Below, one piece after another: positions 34,291 through 42,035 of a DNA stretch of 64,000 nt. Made by a program: the position numbers and the translations under genes. Origin of the DNA: Patescibacteria group bacterium (GTDB lineage: Bacteria; Patescibacteriota; Minisyncoccia; Minisyncoccales; UBA10102); assembly GCA_022563395.1 (NCBI GenBank), contig JADFNM010000001.1, positions 526,342-590,341 of the forward strand, in the 5' to 3' direction. A model generated the notes under the pieces. That model was not told the DNA's origin. It was given only the letters and a program-made list of their open reading frames with translations, and did no database searches. How positions within the stretch are numbered: position 1 is the stretch's first letter; each line of letters opens with the position of its first letter.

Positions 34291-35628
34291 ATGGATGATC
34301 TTATGCAAAAAGTCATATCTTTGGCAAAGCGCAGGGGCTTTGTGTTTCCTTCTTCTGAAATCTATGGAGGCGTGGAAGCTTTGTATGACTACGGCCCCCT
34401 GGGTTCTTTGTTTAAAAACAACATCAAGCGAGAGTGGCTCAAGAGATTCGTGCAGCAAAGAGAAGAAGTAGCCCTGATTGATGCCTCCATTTTAATGAGC
34501 CCCAAGGTGTGGGAAGCCTCAGGACACTTGGAAAACTTTACCGACCCTTTAGTTGAATGCAAAAAGTGCAATACCAGACTCAGAGAAGATTACATACAAG
34601 ATGGCAAGTGTCCCAGTTGCGGAGGCAAAGATTTTACACAGCCCAAAAACTTCAACCTCATGTTCAAGACCTTTTTGGGTCCGGTTGAGGATGAAAAGAA
34701 CGCAACTTATCTTCGTCCTGAAACCGCCCAAGCCATGTTTACCAACTTTCGTCTGGTACAAGAATCCCAGCGTCTGCAGGTTCCCTTTGGGATAGCTCAA
34801 GTTGGCAAAGCATTTCGAAATGAGATTACCACGGGAAATTATCTGTTTCGCTTAAGGGAGCTGGAACAAATGGAGATTGAGTACTTTGTAAAGCCCGGTG
34901 AAGACGAGAAGTGGTTTGACTATTGGGCAAAACAGTGGTGGCAGTTCTTTTTGGACATGGGGCTCAAAGAAAGGAATATGCGGTTGTACGAGCACCCAAA
35001 AGAATCTTTGTCCCACTACTCAAAGCGAACCGTGGACATTGAGTACAAGTTTCCTTTTGGATGGGGAGAGCTGGCAGGTATTGCCAATAGAACCGACTTT
35101 GATTTAAAACAGCACGCTGAACATTCCGGCCAAGACTTAAGGTATACAGATCCTGAAACCAAAGAAAAATATTATCCTTTTGTAATAGAACCCACCATGG
35201 GTGTGGATAGGCTGTTTTTGGCTTTGTTGCTTGAAGGTTATGAAGAGGTAAAAGGGGCAAGGACCAAAACTACAGAGGCTACAAAGGAGGTGGAGACGGT
35301 TTTGAAACTAAAACCCTCCTTAGCTCCTGTGCAGGTTGCAGTATTCCCCTTGGTGAAAAACAAAGAAGAGCTGATAAAGAAAGCGCGAGAGGTCTTTGAC
35401 TCGCTCAAGATGCACTTTTCCTGCCAGTACGATGAAGCTGGAGCTATTGGAAGAAGATACCGGCGCCAAGATGAGATTGGTACGCCCTTTTGTGTGACTG
35501 TTGATTTTGATACCGCCAAAGAAAACTCAGTTACTTTGCGCGACCGAGATACCATGGAGCAAGAGCGAGTTTCTTTGGATTCTCTTGCAATAACTATTAG
35601 GAAGCAGTTGGATGATAAAGACAACTAA
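34291..35628 (+). CDS. glyQS: Glycine--tRNA ligase (dimeric class II type)
   Basis: 445 aa. Motifs GFVFPSSEIYGG..ALYDYGPLG, FRNEITTGNYLFRLRE, and the zinc-binding CKKCNTR...CPSCG. Confidence 0.93.
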   Translation: MDDLMQKVISLAKRRGFVFPSSEIYGGVEALYDYGPLGSLFKNNIKREWLKRFVQQREEVALIDASILMSPKVWEASGHLENFTDPLVECKKCNTRLREDYIQDGKCPSCGGKDFTQPKNFNLMFKTFLGPVEDEKNATYLRPETAQAMFTNFRLVQESQRLQVPFGIAQVGKAFRNEITTGNYLFRLRELEQMEIEYFVKPGEDEKWFDYWAKQWWQFFLDMGLKERNMRLYEHPKESLSHYSKRTVDIEYKFPFGWGELAGIANRTDFDLKQHAEHSGQDLRYTDPETKEKYYPFVIEPTMGVDRLFLALLLEGYEEVKGARTKTTEATKEVETVLKLKPSLAPVQVAVFPLVKNKEELIKKAREVFDSLKMHFSCQYDEAGAIGRRYRRQDEIGTPFCVTVDFDTAKENSVTLRDRDTMEQERVSLDSLAITIRKQLDDKDN

Positions 35629-36874
35629 ACTCAAAAGTGGACTTAGGGTCCTTACCATTCCCCAGCAGAATACCAGGACCGTGACGGTGTTGGTATTGGT
35701 GGGAACCGGTTCCAAATACGAGGAAAAGAGGGTGAACGGCGTGTCTCACTTTTTGGAGCATATGTTTTTCAAGGGGACAAAGAAGCGCCCCACCCCCTTG
35801 AAAATTGCAGGCCCCATTGAGAATGTTGGAGGAGCCCTTAACGCTTTCACATCCCAAGACCTTACCGGGTACTATATTAAAGTTGATGCCTCGCACCTTA
35901 AGTTGGCATTGGATATGGTGGCAGACATATTCTTAAACTCTTTGCTTGCCCAAAAAGAAATTACAAAAGAGAAAGGGGTGGTGATAGAAGAAATCAACAT
36001 GAGGAAAGACATCCCCATGATTCATGTGGCAGACCTGCTGGAGCAGTTCTTGTACGGAGACCAGCCAGCTGGCTGGGATACGGCCGGAACAAAAGAAACG
36101 GTTCAAGGTCTTTCTCAAGCTGACCTCCTCTCCTACATGCAAAGCCAGTATGTTGCATCAAACACGGTGGTGTGCGTGGCAGGAAACATAAAAGAAGAGA
36201 AGGTAAAGGAAAGAGTGGGAAAGCTCTTTTCTTCTATCTCCTTAAAGAACTTCAAAGATAAGGTTGCGGTACATGAGTCACAAGAGAAGCCCAAAGTGCT
36301 CTTGGAACATCGAGCAACCGACCAGACTCACCTTGCGTTTGCAGCACGCGGTTTTAACCTTTCCCATAAAGACAGGTTCGTGCAGGAGATTATTGCCGCA
36401 ATCTTAGGGGGAGGAATGAGTTCCCGCTTGTTCACTGAGGTCAGGGAGAAGCTTGGCCTTGCCTACTACATTTCAACTTCTAGCGAGTCAAACCCGGACA
36501 CCGGCTTTCTTGCAACCTTTGCTGGGGTTAAAAACGAGAACGCACAAAAGGTTGTGGGGATCATTGCCAAAGAATACAAGAAGCTGGCAGTCACCAAGAT
36601 TACCTCCACACAACTGCGCAACGCAAAAGACCGCATCAAGGGAAGAATGGCGTTGTCTTTGGAATCTTCAGATGCCAAGGCCGAGTTTTACGGCATGCAG
36701 GAGATTTTAGAGCACCGATTTTTCACCCCAGAGCAACTTTATGATAAAATAGAGAAGGTGAAGGTTTCAGACATTCAGAGGGTGGCAAAAAATATGTTCA
36801 CGCCCAAAAATCTCAACCTTGTAATACTGGGACCTTTTACACATAAGCAGAGATTTCAAAAGTTTCTCTCATGA
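35612..36874 (+). CDS. M16 family zinc peptidase (insulinase-like)
   Basis: 420 aa with the inverted zinc motif HFLEHMFFKGT. Confidence 0.85.
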   Translation: MIKTTKLKSGLRVLTIPQQNTRTVTVLVLVGTGSKYEEKRVNGVSHFLEHMFFKGTKKRPTPLKIAGPIENVGGALNAFTSQDLTGYYIKVDASHLKLALDMVADIFLNSLLAQKEITKEKGVVIEEINMRKDIPMIHVADLLEQFLYGDQPAGWDTAGTKETVQGLSQADLLSYMQSQYVASNTVVCVAGNIKEEKVKERVGKLFSSISLKNFKDKVAVHESQEKPKVLLEHRATDQTHLAFAARGFNLSHKDRFVQEIIAAILGGGMSSRLFTEVREKLGLAYYISTSSESNPDTGFLATFAGVKNENAQKVVGIIAKEYKKLAVTKITSTQLRNAKDRIKGRMALSLESSDAKAEFYGMQEILEHRFFTPEQLYDKIEKVKVSDIQRVAKNMFTPKNLNLVILGPFTHKQRFQKFLS

Positions 36875-36914
36875 TCCTTTGACAGACTCAGGGTCATGGT
36901 GAACAAGTTGAACC

Positions 36915-37946
36915 ATGAACAATCAAGGAAAAATGTTGGATATTTCCTGGGGCACCATTTTAAAGCTTGCGGTGGCAGGTCTTGTGGTCTATGTTTTGTT
37001 CTTGGTTAAGGATATTTTGGTATGGGTCCTGTTTGGCTTGATTATCTCTATTCTCTTTGACCCTGCCATTGATTTTCTGCAGCGAAGACGAGTCCCCAGA
37101 GTGCTGGGAACTATTGGAGTGTACTCGGTTATTTTTGGCATTTTGGCCTTTATCATCTGGAGCATAGCACCCTTCTTTGTAAGCGAGATTCAGAGATTCT
37201 CCCAGCTTTTCCCTCAGTACTTTGAGACGTTTTCTCCTGTTCTGCGAGGCCTTGGCATTGCGGCTTTTAGCGACGTTCAGACCTTCTTTGATGCCTTGAG
37301 CTTGGGGGTGGAAAAGCTTGCAGGCAACATCTTTTCCGCCTTATTTGTGGTGTTTGGTGGAATCTTCTCTACCATATTCGTTCTTTCTATTGCCATTTTC
37401 CTTTCCATTGAAGAAAAATCCATTGAAAAGACCATAGGGCTTTTGTTCCCTAAAAAGTACGAGGCGTTCGCTTTAGATTTGTGGGCACGCTCTCAACGCA
37501 AGGTTTCAGGCTGGTTCGCCGCAAGGCTCATTACCTCCATTTTTGTTGGTGTTGCAACCTACCTTACCTTGTTTTTGTTCAATGTGCAGTACCCCTTCTC
37601 TTTGGGACTTTTGGCAACCATCTTAAACTTTGTTCCCATTATTGGCCCCTTGGTGACAGGCCTCCTGCTGTTTATCATTGTTGCCCTGGATTCTACCTTA
37701 AAGGCAGTCTTTATCCTCCTTGCCTTTACCTTAATCCAGCAGATTGAGGGGAACATCTTAACTCCCTTGCTCACCAAGAGATTTTTGGGCATTCCCCCCG
37801 CCCTGGTGTTAATAGCTCTGGCCGTGGGGCTGCAACTTTGGGGGATTATGGGAGCCATTTTGGCAATCCCCTTGGCCGGAATCCTCTTTGAGTTCCTGCG
37901 GGATTTCTTAAAGAAGCGTAAGGAAGAAAACAATACCATTGTTTAA
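36915..37946 (+). CDS. AI-2E family transporter (PerM/UPF0118)
   Basis: 343 aa with about 8 TM segments. C-terminal pattern NFVPIIGP...QQIEGNILTP is typical of the family. Confidence 0.75.
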   Translation: MNNQGKMLDISWGTILKLAVAGLVVYVLFLVKDILVWVLFGLIISILFDPAIDFLQRRRVPRVLGTIGVYSVIFGILAFIIWSIAPFFVSEIQRFSQLFPQYFETFSPVLRGLGIAAFSDVQTFFDALSLGVEKLAGNIFSALFVVFGGIFSTIFVLSIAIFLSIEEKSIEKTIGLLFPKKYEAFALDLWARSQRKVSGWFAARLITSIFVGVATYLTLFLFNVQYPFSLGLLATILNFVPIIGPLVTGLLLFIIVALDSTLKAVFILLAFTLIQQIEGNILTPLLTKRFLGIPPALVLIALAVGLQLWGIMGAILAIPLAGILFEFLRDFLKKRKEENNTIV

Positions 37947-37949
37947 TTG

Positions 37950-38019
37950 TTGATATTGCCTAAACGTGTTGATATTGCCTAAACGAGATTTAAGCATGAG
38001 TGCTTAAATCTCGTTTAGG
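37950..38019. repeat. R1 repeat copy with a tandemly duplicated left edge
   Basis: TTGATATTGCCTAAACG occurs twice, 19 bp apart (37950-37966 and 37969-37985). It is followed by the palindrome CCTAAACGAGATTTAAGCA-tgag-TGCTTAAATCTCGTTTAGG (37978-38019). Confidence 0.85.
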
Positions 38020-38036
38020 AGAACTTCGGTAGAACT

Positions 38037-38717
38037 ATGGGGACTCTGTATATTGTTGCGACCCCGATTGGGAATTTGGGGGATATAACTTTGAGAGCGC
38101 TTGAAACCTTAAAAGAGGTTGATTTTGTCTTGGCAGAAGACACCAGGGTGACAAAGAAACTCTTATCCCATTACACTATCCAGACACCGTTAATGAGTTA
38201 TCACCAGCACAGCAAAGAAAGTGTGACGGAGAAAGTGTTTCAACTTCTTTTGGAAGGAAAGAATCTTGCCCTGGTCACGGATGCTGGCACTCCAGGAATT
38301 TCTGACCCAGGAAATGAGCTTGTTTCTTTTCTCGTAAAAAAGAATCCTGAGATATCTGTTGTGCCCATTCCAGGCCCCTCGGCCCTCACTACTTTAGCGA
38401 GCATTGCAGGTATTCCAATGGATAAGTTCTTGTTCTTGGGATACCCGCCCCACAAGAAGGGAAGAAAGAAGTTTTTTCAAGAAGTTGTTTCCAGTAAACA
38501 TCCCGTATTATTCTATGAATCCCCCCACCGTATTATCAAAAGCTTACAGGAATTGGAAACACTGGATAGTAACCTTTCTCTTGTTGTGGGACGAGAGCTT
38601 ACCAAGAAATTTGAGACCATATATCGGGGGGCTCTTGACGAAGTTCTGAAAATGTTAGAGAAAGGGAATACAAAAGGTGAGTTTGTAGTACTCGTGAATC
38701 CAAGCAAAGTTCCTTGA
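38037..38717 (+). CDS. rsmI: 16S rRNA (cytidine1402-2'-O)-methyltransferase
   Basis: 226 aa: GTLYIVATPIGNLGDITLRALETLKEVDFVLAEDTR. Confidence 0.9.
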   Translation: MGTLYIVATPIGNLGDITLRALETLKEVDFVLAEDTRVTKKLLSHYTIQTPLMSYHQHSKESVTEKVFQLLLEGKNLALVTDAGTPGISDPGNELVSFLVKKNPEISVVPIPGPSALTTLASIAGIPMDKFLFLGYPPHKKGRKKFFQEVVSSKHPVLFYESPHRIIKSLQELETLDSNLSLVVGRELTKKFETIYRGALDEVLKMLEKGNTKGEFVVLVNPSKVP

Positions 38718-39008
38718 GGAGATGTGACGTGTATATACCCAAAGTAGAAGAGGCTCGGAATTCTCTCGTGACCGGCAGTGCGGTCTATTGGCGAGAGGCT
38801 GGAAGGGGTGAGTTGTACAGGGGCGTACTGAAGAAGGAGAGGCAGGGAGGGAGAGATCCGGAGTTCTACTTTGAGAGCACCGAAGACAGAAGGGGAGCTC
38901 ATGTGTGGGCCCAACTCTCACATCTCCTCATCGAGGTTGAGGTAAGGAGTCCTACAGCATGAACTGCTTAGGGACTTCCAGGACTTCGTTTTGTGCGGAG
39001 TCTTTTTT
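38715..39008 (+). ncRNA. Structured purine-rich RNA candidate of unknown class, ending in an intrinsic terminator
   Basis: P1 is 13 bp perfect (38715-38727 / 38918-38930). P2 is 9 bp perfect (38741-38749 / 38864-38872). Inner hairpins include CTCTCG/CGAGAG. No convincing ORF. A terminator lies at 38982-39008. Confidence 0.4.
38982..39008 (+). terminator. Intrinsic terminator
   Basis: Stem GACTTCG / CGAGTC-type (CGGAGTC) of 7 bp including a G.U pair, followed by TTTTTTATT. Confidence 0.65.
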
Positions 39009-39009
39009 A

Positions 39010-39038
39010 TTGGAAAAGCAAGGATTTTGTGCTACAAG
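39010..39038 (+). promoter_or_regulatory. Promoter TTGGAA-N17-(TGc)TACAAG, 6 nt upstream of the metG ATG
   Basis: Read directly from the sequence. No SD lies before ATG 39045. Confidence 0.5.
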
Positions 39039-39044
39039 AACAGC

Positions 39045-40487
39045 ATGGCAAAGTTTTATATTACAACCGCAATCCCTTATGTGAATGCAAAGCCGCACAT
39101 TGGCCATATTTTGGATTTTGTGCAGGCAGACGTGGTTGCACGTTCTCATCGCCAGAAAGGCGAGGAGGTTTTGTTGTTGTCTGGAAGCGATGAGAATGCC
39201 TTAAAAAACGTGCAGGCAGCAGAACAGGCTGGCGTGCCAATACAACAGTTTATTGATGAGAATGCCGAGCTGTTCCGCAAACTGGCTGAAGCCCTAGGCG
39301 TGCAGTTTGATGTGTTTCAAAAAGGCAGCAATCCAAAGCACCATGAGTCCAGCCAGAAGTTATGGGAGTTGTGCAATAAGGCAGGAGATATTTACAAGAA
39401 GTCCTATGAAGGCCTCTATTGTGTTGGGTGCGAAACCTTTTATAGCCCAAACGAACTCACAGAAAATCTGGAGTGCAAAGAACATCCGGGCAAAAAGCTT
39501 GAGACTGTTTCTGAAGAAAACTACTTTTTTAAGCTCTCAAAGTATCAAGATGTATTGGTGCAACTTATTGAAAAAGATGAGCTTAAGGTTATCCCTGTTT
39601 CAAAAAAGAATGAGGTACTAGCTTTCTTAAAGCAGCCTTTACAGGATATTAGTATTTCCCGTTCCAACGAACGAGCCAAAAACTGGGGAGTTCCTGCTCC
39701 CGGAGACGATTCTCAGAGAATGTATGTTTGGTTTGATGCACTCAATATCTACCAGTCAGGCATAGGTTTCGGGTTTGATGAACAAACATACAAAAAGTGG
39801 TGGCCAGCAGATGTTCATGTGATAGGCAAGGGCATTACTCGTTTTCATGCCATTTATTGGCCGGCCTTTCTATTGTCTGCAGGCCTATCTCTTCCTAAAA
39901 CCATTTTTGTGCATGGATATATCACGGTAGATGGGCAGAAGATGTCCAAATCCTTGGGTAATGTTATCGACCCTTTTGAGTTGGTAGAAAAGTATGGCAC
40001 CGATGCCGTACGCTACTTTTTCTTGCGAGAAATTCCTTCTACGGAGGATGGCGACTTTAGCTATGAGAAGTTTGAGACTAGGTATAATGCAGACTTGGCA
40101 GGAGGATTGGGTAACCTGGTAGCAAGAGTTCTTACTATGGCAGAAAAGGCTGAGCTTAAGACTCCAGATGAGTTTTACGGCAAGGATTTCAAAGAACTTT
40201 TGTCAAAGAAAGAACAGGAAGTTTCAGAGCTTCTTGGTGATTTTCAGTTCAGCCAGGCTTTGGAGCGGATCTGGGAGGTGATTCAGTTTTGTGACAGATA
40301 CATTGAAAAGAAACGCCCCTGGGAAGAGTCTGAGAGACAGAAGGAAGTAATAGGGGATTTACTTCTTGCAGTTTCCCACATAGTTGAGCTTTTGCAGCCC
40401 TTTCTTCCCGAAACCTCAAAGAAAATCATCCAGCAACTTGAGCAAGGCAAAGGAGAGTCTCTCTTTCCCCGTCTTCGCGGGACATAG
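39045..40487 (+). CDS. metG: Methionine--tRNA ligase
   Basis: 480 aa from ATG 39045. Motifs AIPYVNAKPHIGH, the zinc knuckle CVGCETF...C, and KMSKSLGN. Confidence 0.95.
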   Translation: MAKFYITTAIPYVNAKPHIGHILDFVQADVVARSHRQKGEEVLLLSGSDENALKNVQAAEQAGVPIQQFIDENAELFRKLAEALGVQFDVFQKGSNPKHHESSQKLWELCNKAGDIYKKSYEGLYCVGCETFYSPNELTENLECKEHPGKKLETVSEENYFFKLSKYQDVLVQLIEKDELKVIPVSKKNEVLAFLKQPLQDISISRSNERAKNWGVPAPGDDSQRMYVWFDALNIYQSGIGFGFDEQTYKKWWPADVHVIGKGITRFHAIYWPAFLLSAGLSLPKTIFVHGYITVDGQKMSKSLGNVIDPFELVEKYGTDAVRYFFLREIPSTEDGDFSYEKFETRYNADLAGGLGNLVARVLTMAEKAELKTPDEFYGKDFKELLSKKEQEVSELLGDFQFSQALERIWEVIQFCDRYIEKKRPWEESERQKEVIGDLLLAVSHIVELLQPFLPETSKKIIQQLEQGKGESLFPRLRGT

Positions 40488-40510
40488 CCCGCTTCAGCGG
40501 GCGACGGCCC

Positions 40511-40554
40511 GCATATCTCCTAAATGAAATTAAAGAATCCTTAATTTCATTAAG
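40511..40554. repeat. R1 repeat copy with GCATATCTCC flank
   Basis: GCATATCTCCTAAATGAAATTAAAGAATCCTTAATTTCATTAAG. It is preceded by the small GC hairpin GCCCGC-TTCA-GCGGGC (40487-40502). Confidence 0.9.
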
Positions 40555-40566
40555 TTTTTATAGGGC

Positions 40567-40595
40567 TTGACGTATTTCTTTGTATGGTGTATATA
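40567..40595 (+). promoter_or_regulatory. Sigma70-like promoter TTGACG-N17-TATATA
   Basis: Read directly from the sequence. The ATG of a 26-codon ORF follows 8 nt after the -10 box. Confidence 0.5.
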
Positions 40596-40603
40596 GTTTT
40601 ATT

Positions 40604-40684
40604 ATGAACAATTTTCCAGCCAGGAAGTTTATTAGCATCTTGGTCTTGGACCTCCGTAAACGGTTGGGAGATTTTGTTGCATAG
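40604..40684 (+). CDS. Candidate leader peptide (26 aa, MNNFPARKFISILVLDLRKRLGDFVA)
   Basis: Short ORF between a promoter and a terminator. It covers the 5' strand of a putative antiterminator. Confidence 0.3.
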   Translation: MNNFPARKFISILVLDLRKRLGDFVA

Positions 40685-40706
40685 ATTCACCTCTTTGAAA
40701 ACAAAC

Positions 40707-40739
40707 GAAACCTCCCAACCACGGGAGGTTTCTTCTTTT
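40707..40739 (+). terminator. Intrinsic terminator with a competing upstream antiterminator
   Basis: 10-bp stem GAAACCTCCC / GGGAGGTTTC followed by TTCTTTT. GGTTGGGAG (40662-40670) is perfectly complementary to CTCCCAACC (40712-40720). Confidence 0.7.
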
Positions 40740-40828
40740 GCCCTGAAAATTGTTTATTGCGACGTAGATAATTTTCAGGCCAAAACAGTGGTCTGAGAAA
40801 AACTGTACCTTCAAGGAGAGGGAAAGCG

Positions 40829-41017
40829 ATGGAGTCTAGGGATCCCGTTCTTATACAGAGGTTTGGTAATCAAGTCTCAGAGGTTGAAAGTCTTCGGCGT
40901 AAATCACAACGCCCAGGACTCTCTCTTCATCAACGGAAAGGCCTTGGGTTTCACTTACAACGCGCAGAAAGAAACATGCAACACACCAGAGACCTGCTGG
41001 GGTCTAGTCTTCCTTAG
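40829..41017 (+). CDS. Orphan 62-aa basic ORF (doubtful)
   Basis: The SD AAGGAG lies 11 nt upstream, and a terminator lies at 41045-41075. No recognisable motif. The region could instead be non-coding RNA. Confidence 0.25.
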   Translation: MESRDPVLIQRFGNQVSEVESLRRKSQRPGLSLHQRKGLGFHLQRAERNMQHTRDLLGSSLP

Positions 41018-41044
41018 GGGCATGTTTTTTCTCCTTACGAGGAA

Positions 41045-41075
41045 GGGCTCGCCTAAAAAGCGAGCCCACTTTTTT
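41045..41075 (+). terminator. Intrinsic terminator
   Basis: Stem GGGCTCGC / GCGAGCCC with loop CTAAAAA, followed by ACTTTTTT. Confidence 0.75.
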
Positions 41076-41081
41076 AGCTCA

Positions 41082-41090
41082 TGGTACAAT
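41082..41090 (+). promoter_or_regulatory. Extended -10 box TGgTACAAT, 6 nt upstream of the tatD ATG
   Basis: TGGTACAAT, then gtggat, then ATG at 41097. Confidence 0.5.
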
Positions 41091-41096
41091 GTGGAT

Positions 41097-42035
41097 ATGC
41101 TAATAGATACCCACGGACACGTCAACTTTGCCGCTTTCAAGAATGACGCAAAAGAGGTTCTGCACCGTACCTTGAAAGGAGATACCTGGGTTATAATGCC
41201 AGGCACCCAGTATGCTACCTCAAAGAAAGCAGTAGAAATGGCAGAGCAGTATAGAGAAGGAGTGTATGCCGCAATTGGTCTGCACCCTATTCATCTTTCA
41301 GAAAAGCGCAAGGTTGATGTATTGGAAGTGCAGTCAGAAAACACCAAGGAGGAAGAATGGATGACCTTTGAAACACAAGAGGAGGAGTTTTTGTATGAAA
41401 AGTACAAAGAATTGGGACAAAGCAAAAAGGTGGCGGCAGTCGGTGAGTGCGGCCTGGATTATTACTATGAACCAAAGAGCAAAGAAAGAAGAGAAGCTCA
41501 ACGGCGTAAACAAAAGGCAGCGCTTGCCTTGCAACTGAAGTTGGCAGACGAGCTAAACTTGCCGATTATTTTCCATTGCCGCAAGGCACATGATGATTTG
41601 ATTGAATTTCTAACAAACTACAAACTACAAACTAAAAATTTGAGAGGTGTCGTGCACTGCTACACTGGAGACTTAAAACAGGCAGAGCAGTTCTACAATA
41701 TTGGCCTCTCTTTTGGGTTTAACGGCCTTATTTTCAAAGATGTTCCTGCGCTTCCCAATCCAAAGGAGATTATTGGAGCTTTACCCTTGGAGCGAATTGT
41801 TCTGGAAACTGATTCTCCCTACTTACTGCCGCCCTTGCCCGCCGACCCGGCCTCCGTAGCCACTTCGGCGAAGGGGGCAGCTTTAGCGAAGGCGGGACAG
41901 GCAGGACGCAACGAACCCCTGTTTGTAAAATATGTAGCAGAGGAGATAGCTCGTATTAAAGGTATCTTAGTAGACGAAGTTTCCTCTGCGACAACCAAAA
42001 ACGCCAAAGCCTTATTTCGCTTAAATGAGATTTAG
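41097..42035 (+). CDS. tatD: TatD family metal-dependent deoxyribonuclease/hydrolase
   Basis: 312 aa from ATG 41097 (the track ORF from 40863 is an upstream extension). Motifs IDTHGH, GECGLDYY, HCR, VHCYTG and ETDSPYL. It contains an F2 insertion, and its stop codon lies in an R1 copy. Confidence 0.9.
   Translation: MLIDTHGHVNFAAFKNDAKEVLHRTLKGDTWVIMPGTQYATSKKAVEMAEQYREGVYAAIGLHPIHLSEKRKVDVLEVQSENTKEEEWMTFETQEEEFLYEKYKELGQSKKVAAVGECGLDYYYEPKSKERREAQRRKQKAALALQLKLADELNLPIIFHCRKAHDDLIEFLTNYKLQTKNLRGVVHCYTGDLKQAEQFYNIGLSFGFNGLIFKDVPALPNPKEIIGALPLERIVLETDSPYLLPPLPADPASVATSAKGAALAKAGQAGRNEPLFVKYVAEEIARIKGILVDEVSSATTKNAKALFRLNEI
41832..41906. repeat. F2 GC-rich repeat copy, in frame within tatD (75 nt)
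   Basis: Encodes PLPADPASVATSAKGAALAKAGQAG between the conserved SPYLLP and RNEP. It contains GCGAAGGCGGG (41886-41896) and AGCTTTAGCGAAGG (41879-41892). Confidence 0.7.

Noticed and set aside
38715-38930. RNase P RNA or a T-box/SAM riboswitch for metG
   Set aside because: It lacks GAGGAAAGUCC (CR-I), the GGUAAGAGC-type CR-IV and a proper ACAGAA..GGCUUA partner, and it is too short for RNase P. It has no AGGGUGGUACCGCG T-box sequence. The GAGAGGCAGGGAGGGA word only superficially resembles the SAM-I core. metG has its own promoter after the terminator.
40863-41096. The 390-aa track ORF as full-length TatD
   Set aside because: TatD homology starts at MLIDTHGH (ATG 41097). The upstream extension crosses an intrinsic terminator (41045-41075) and a -10 box.
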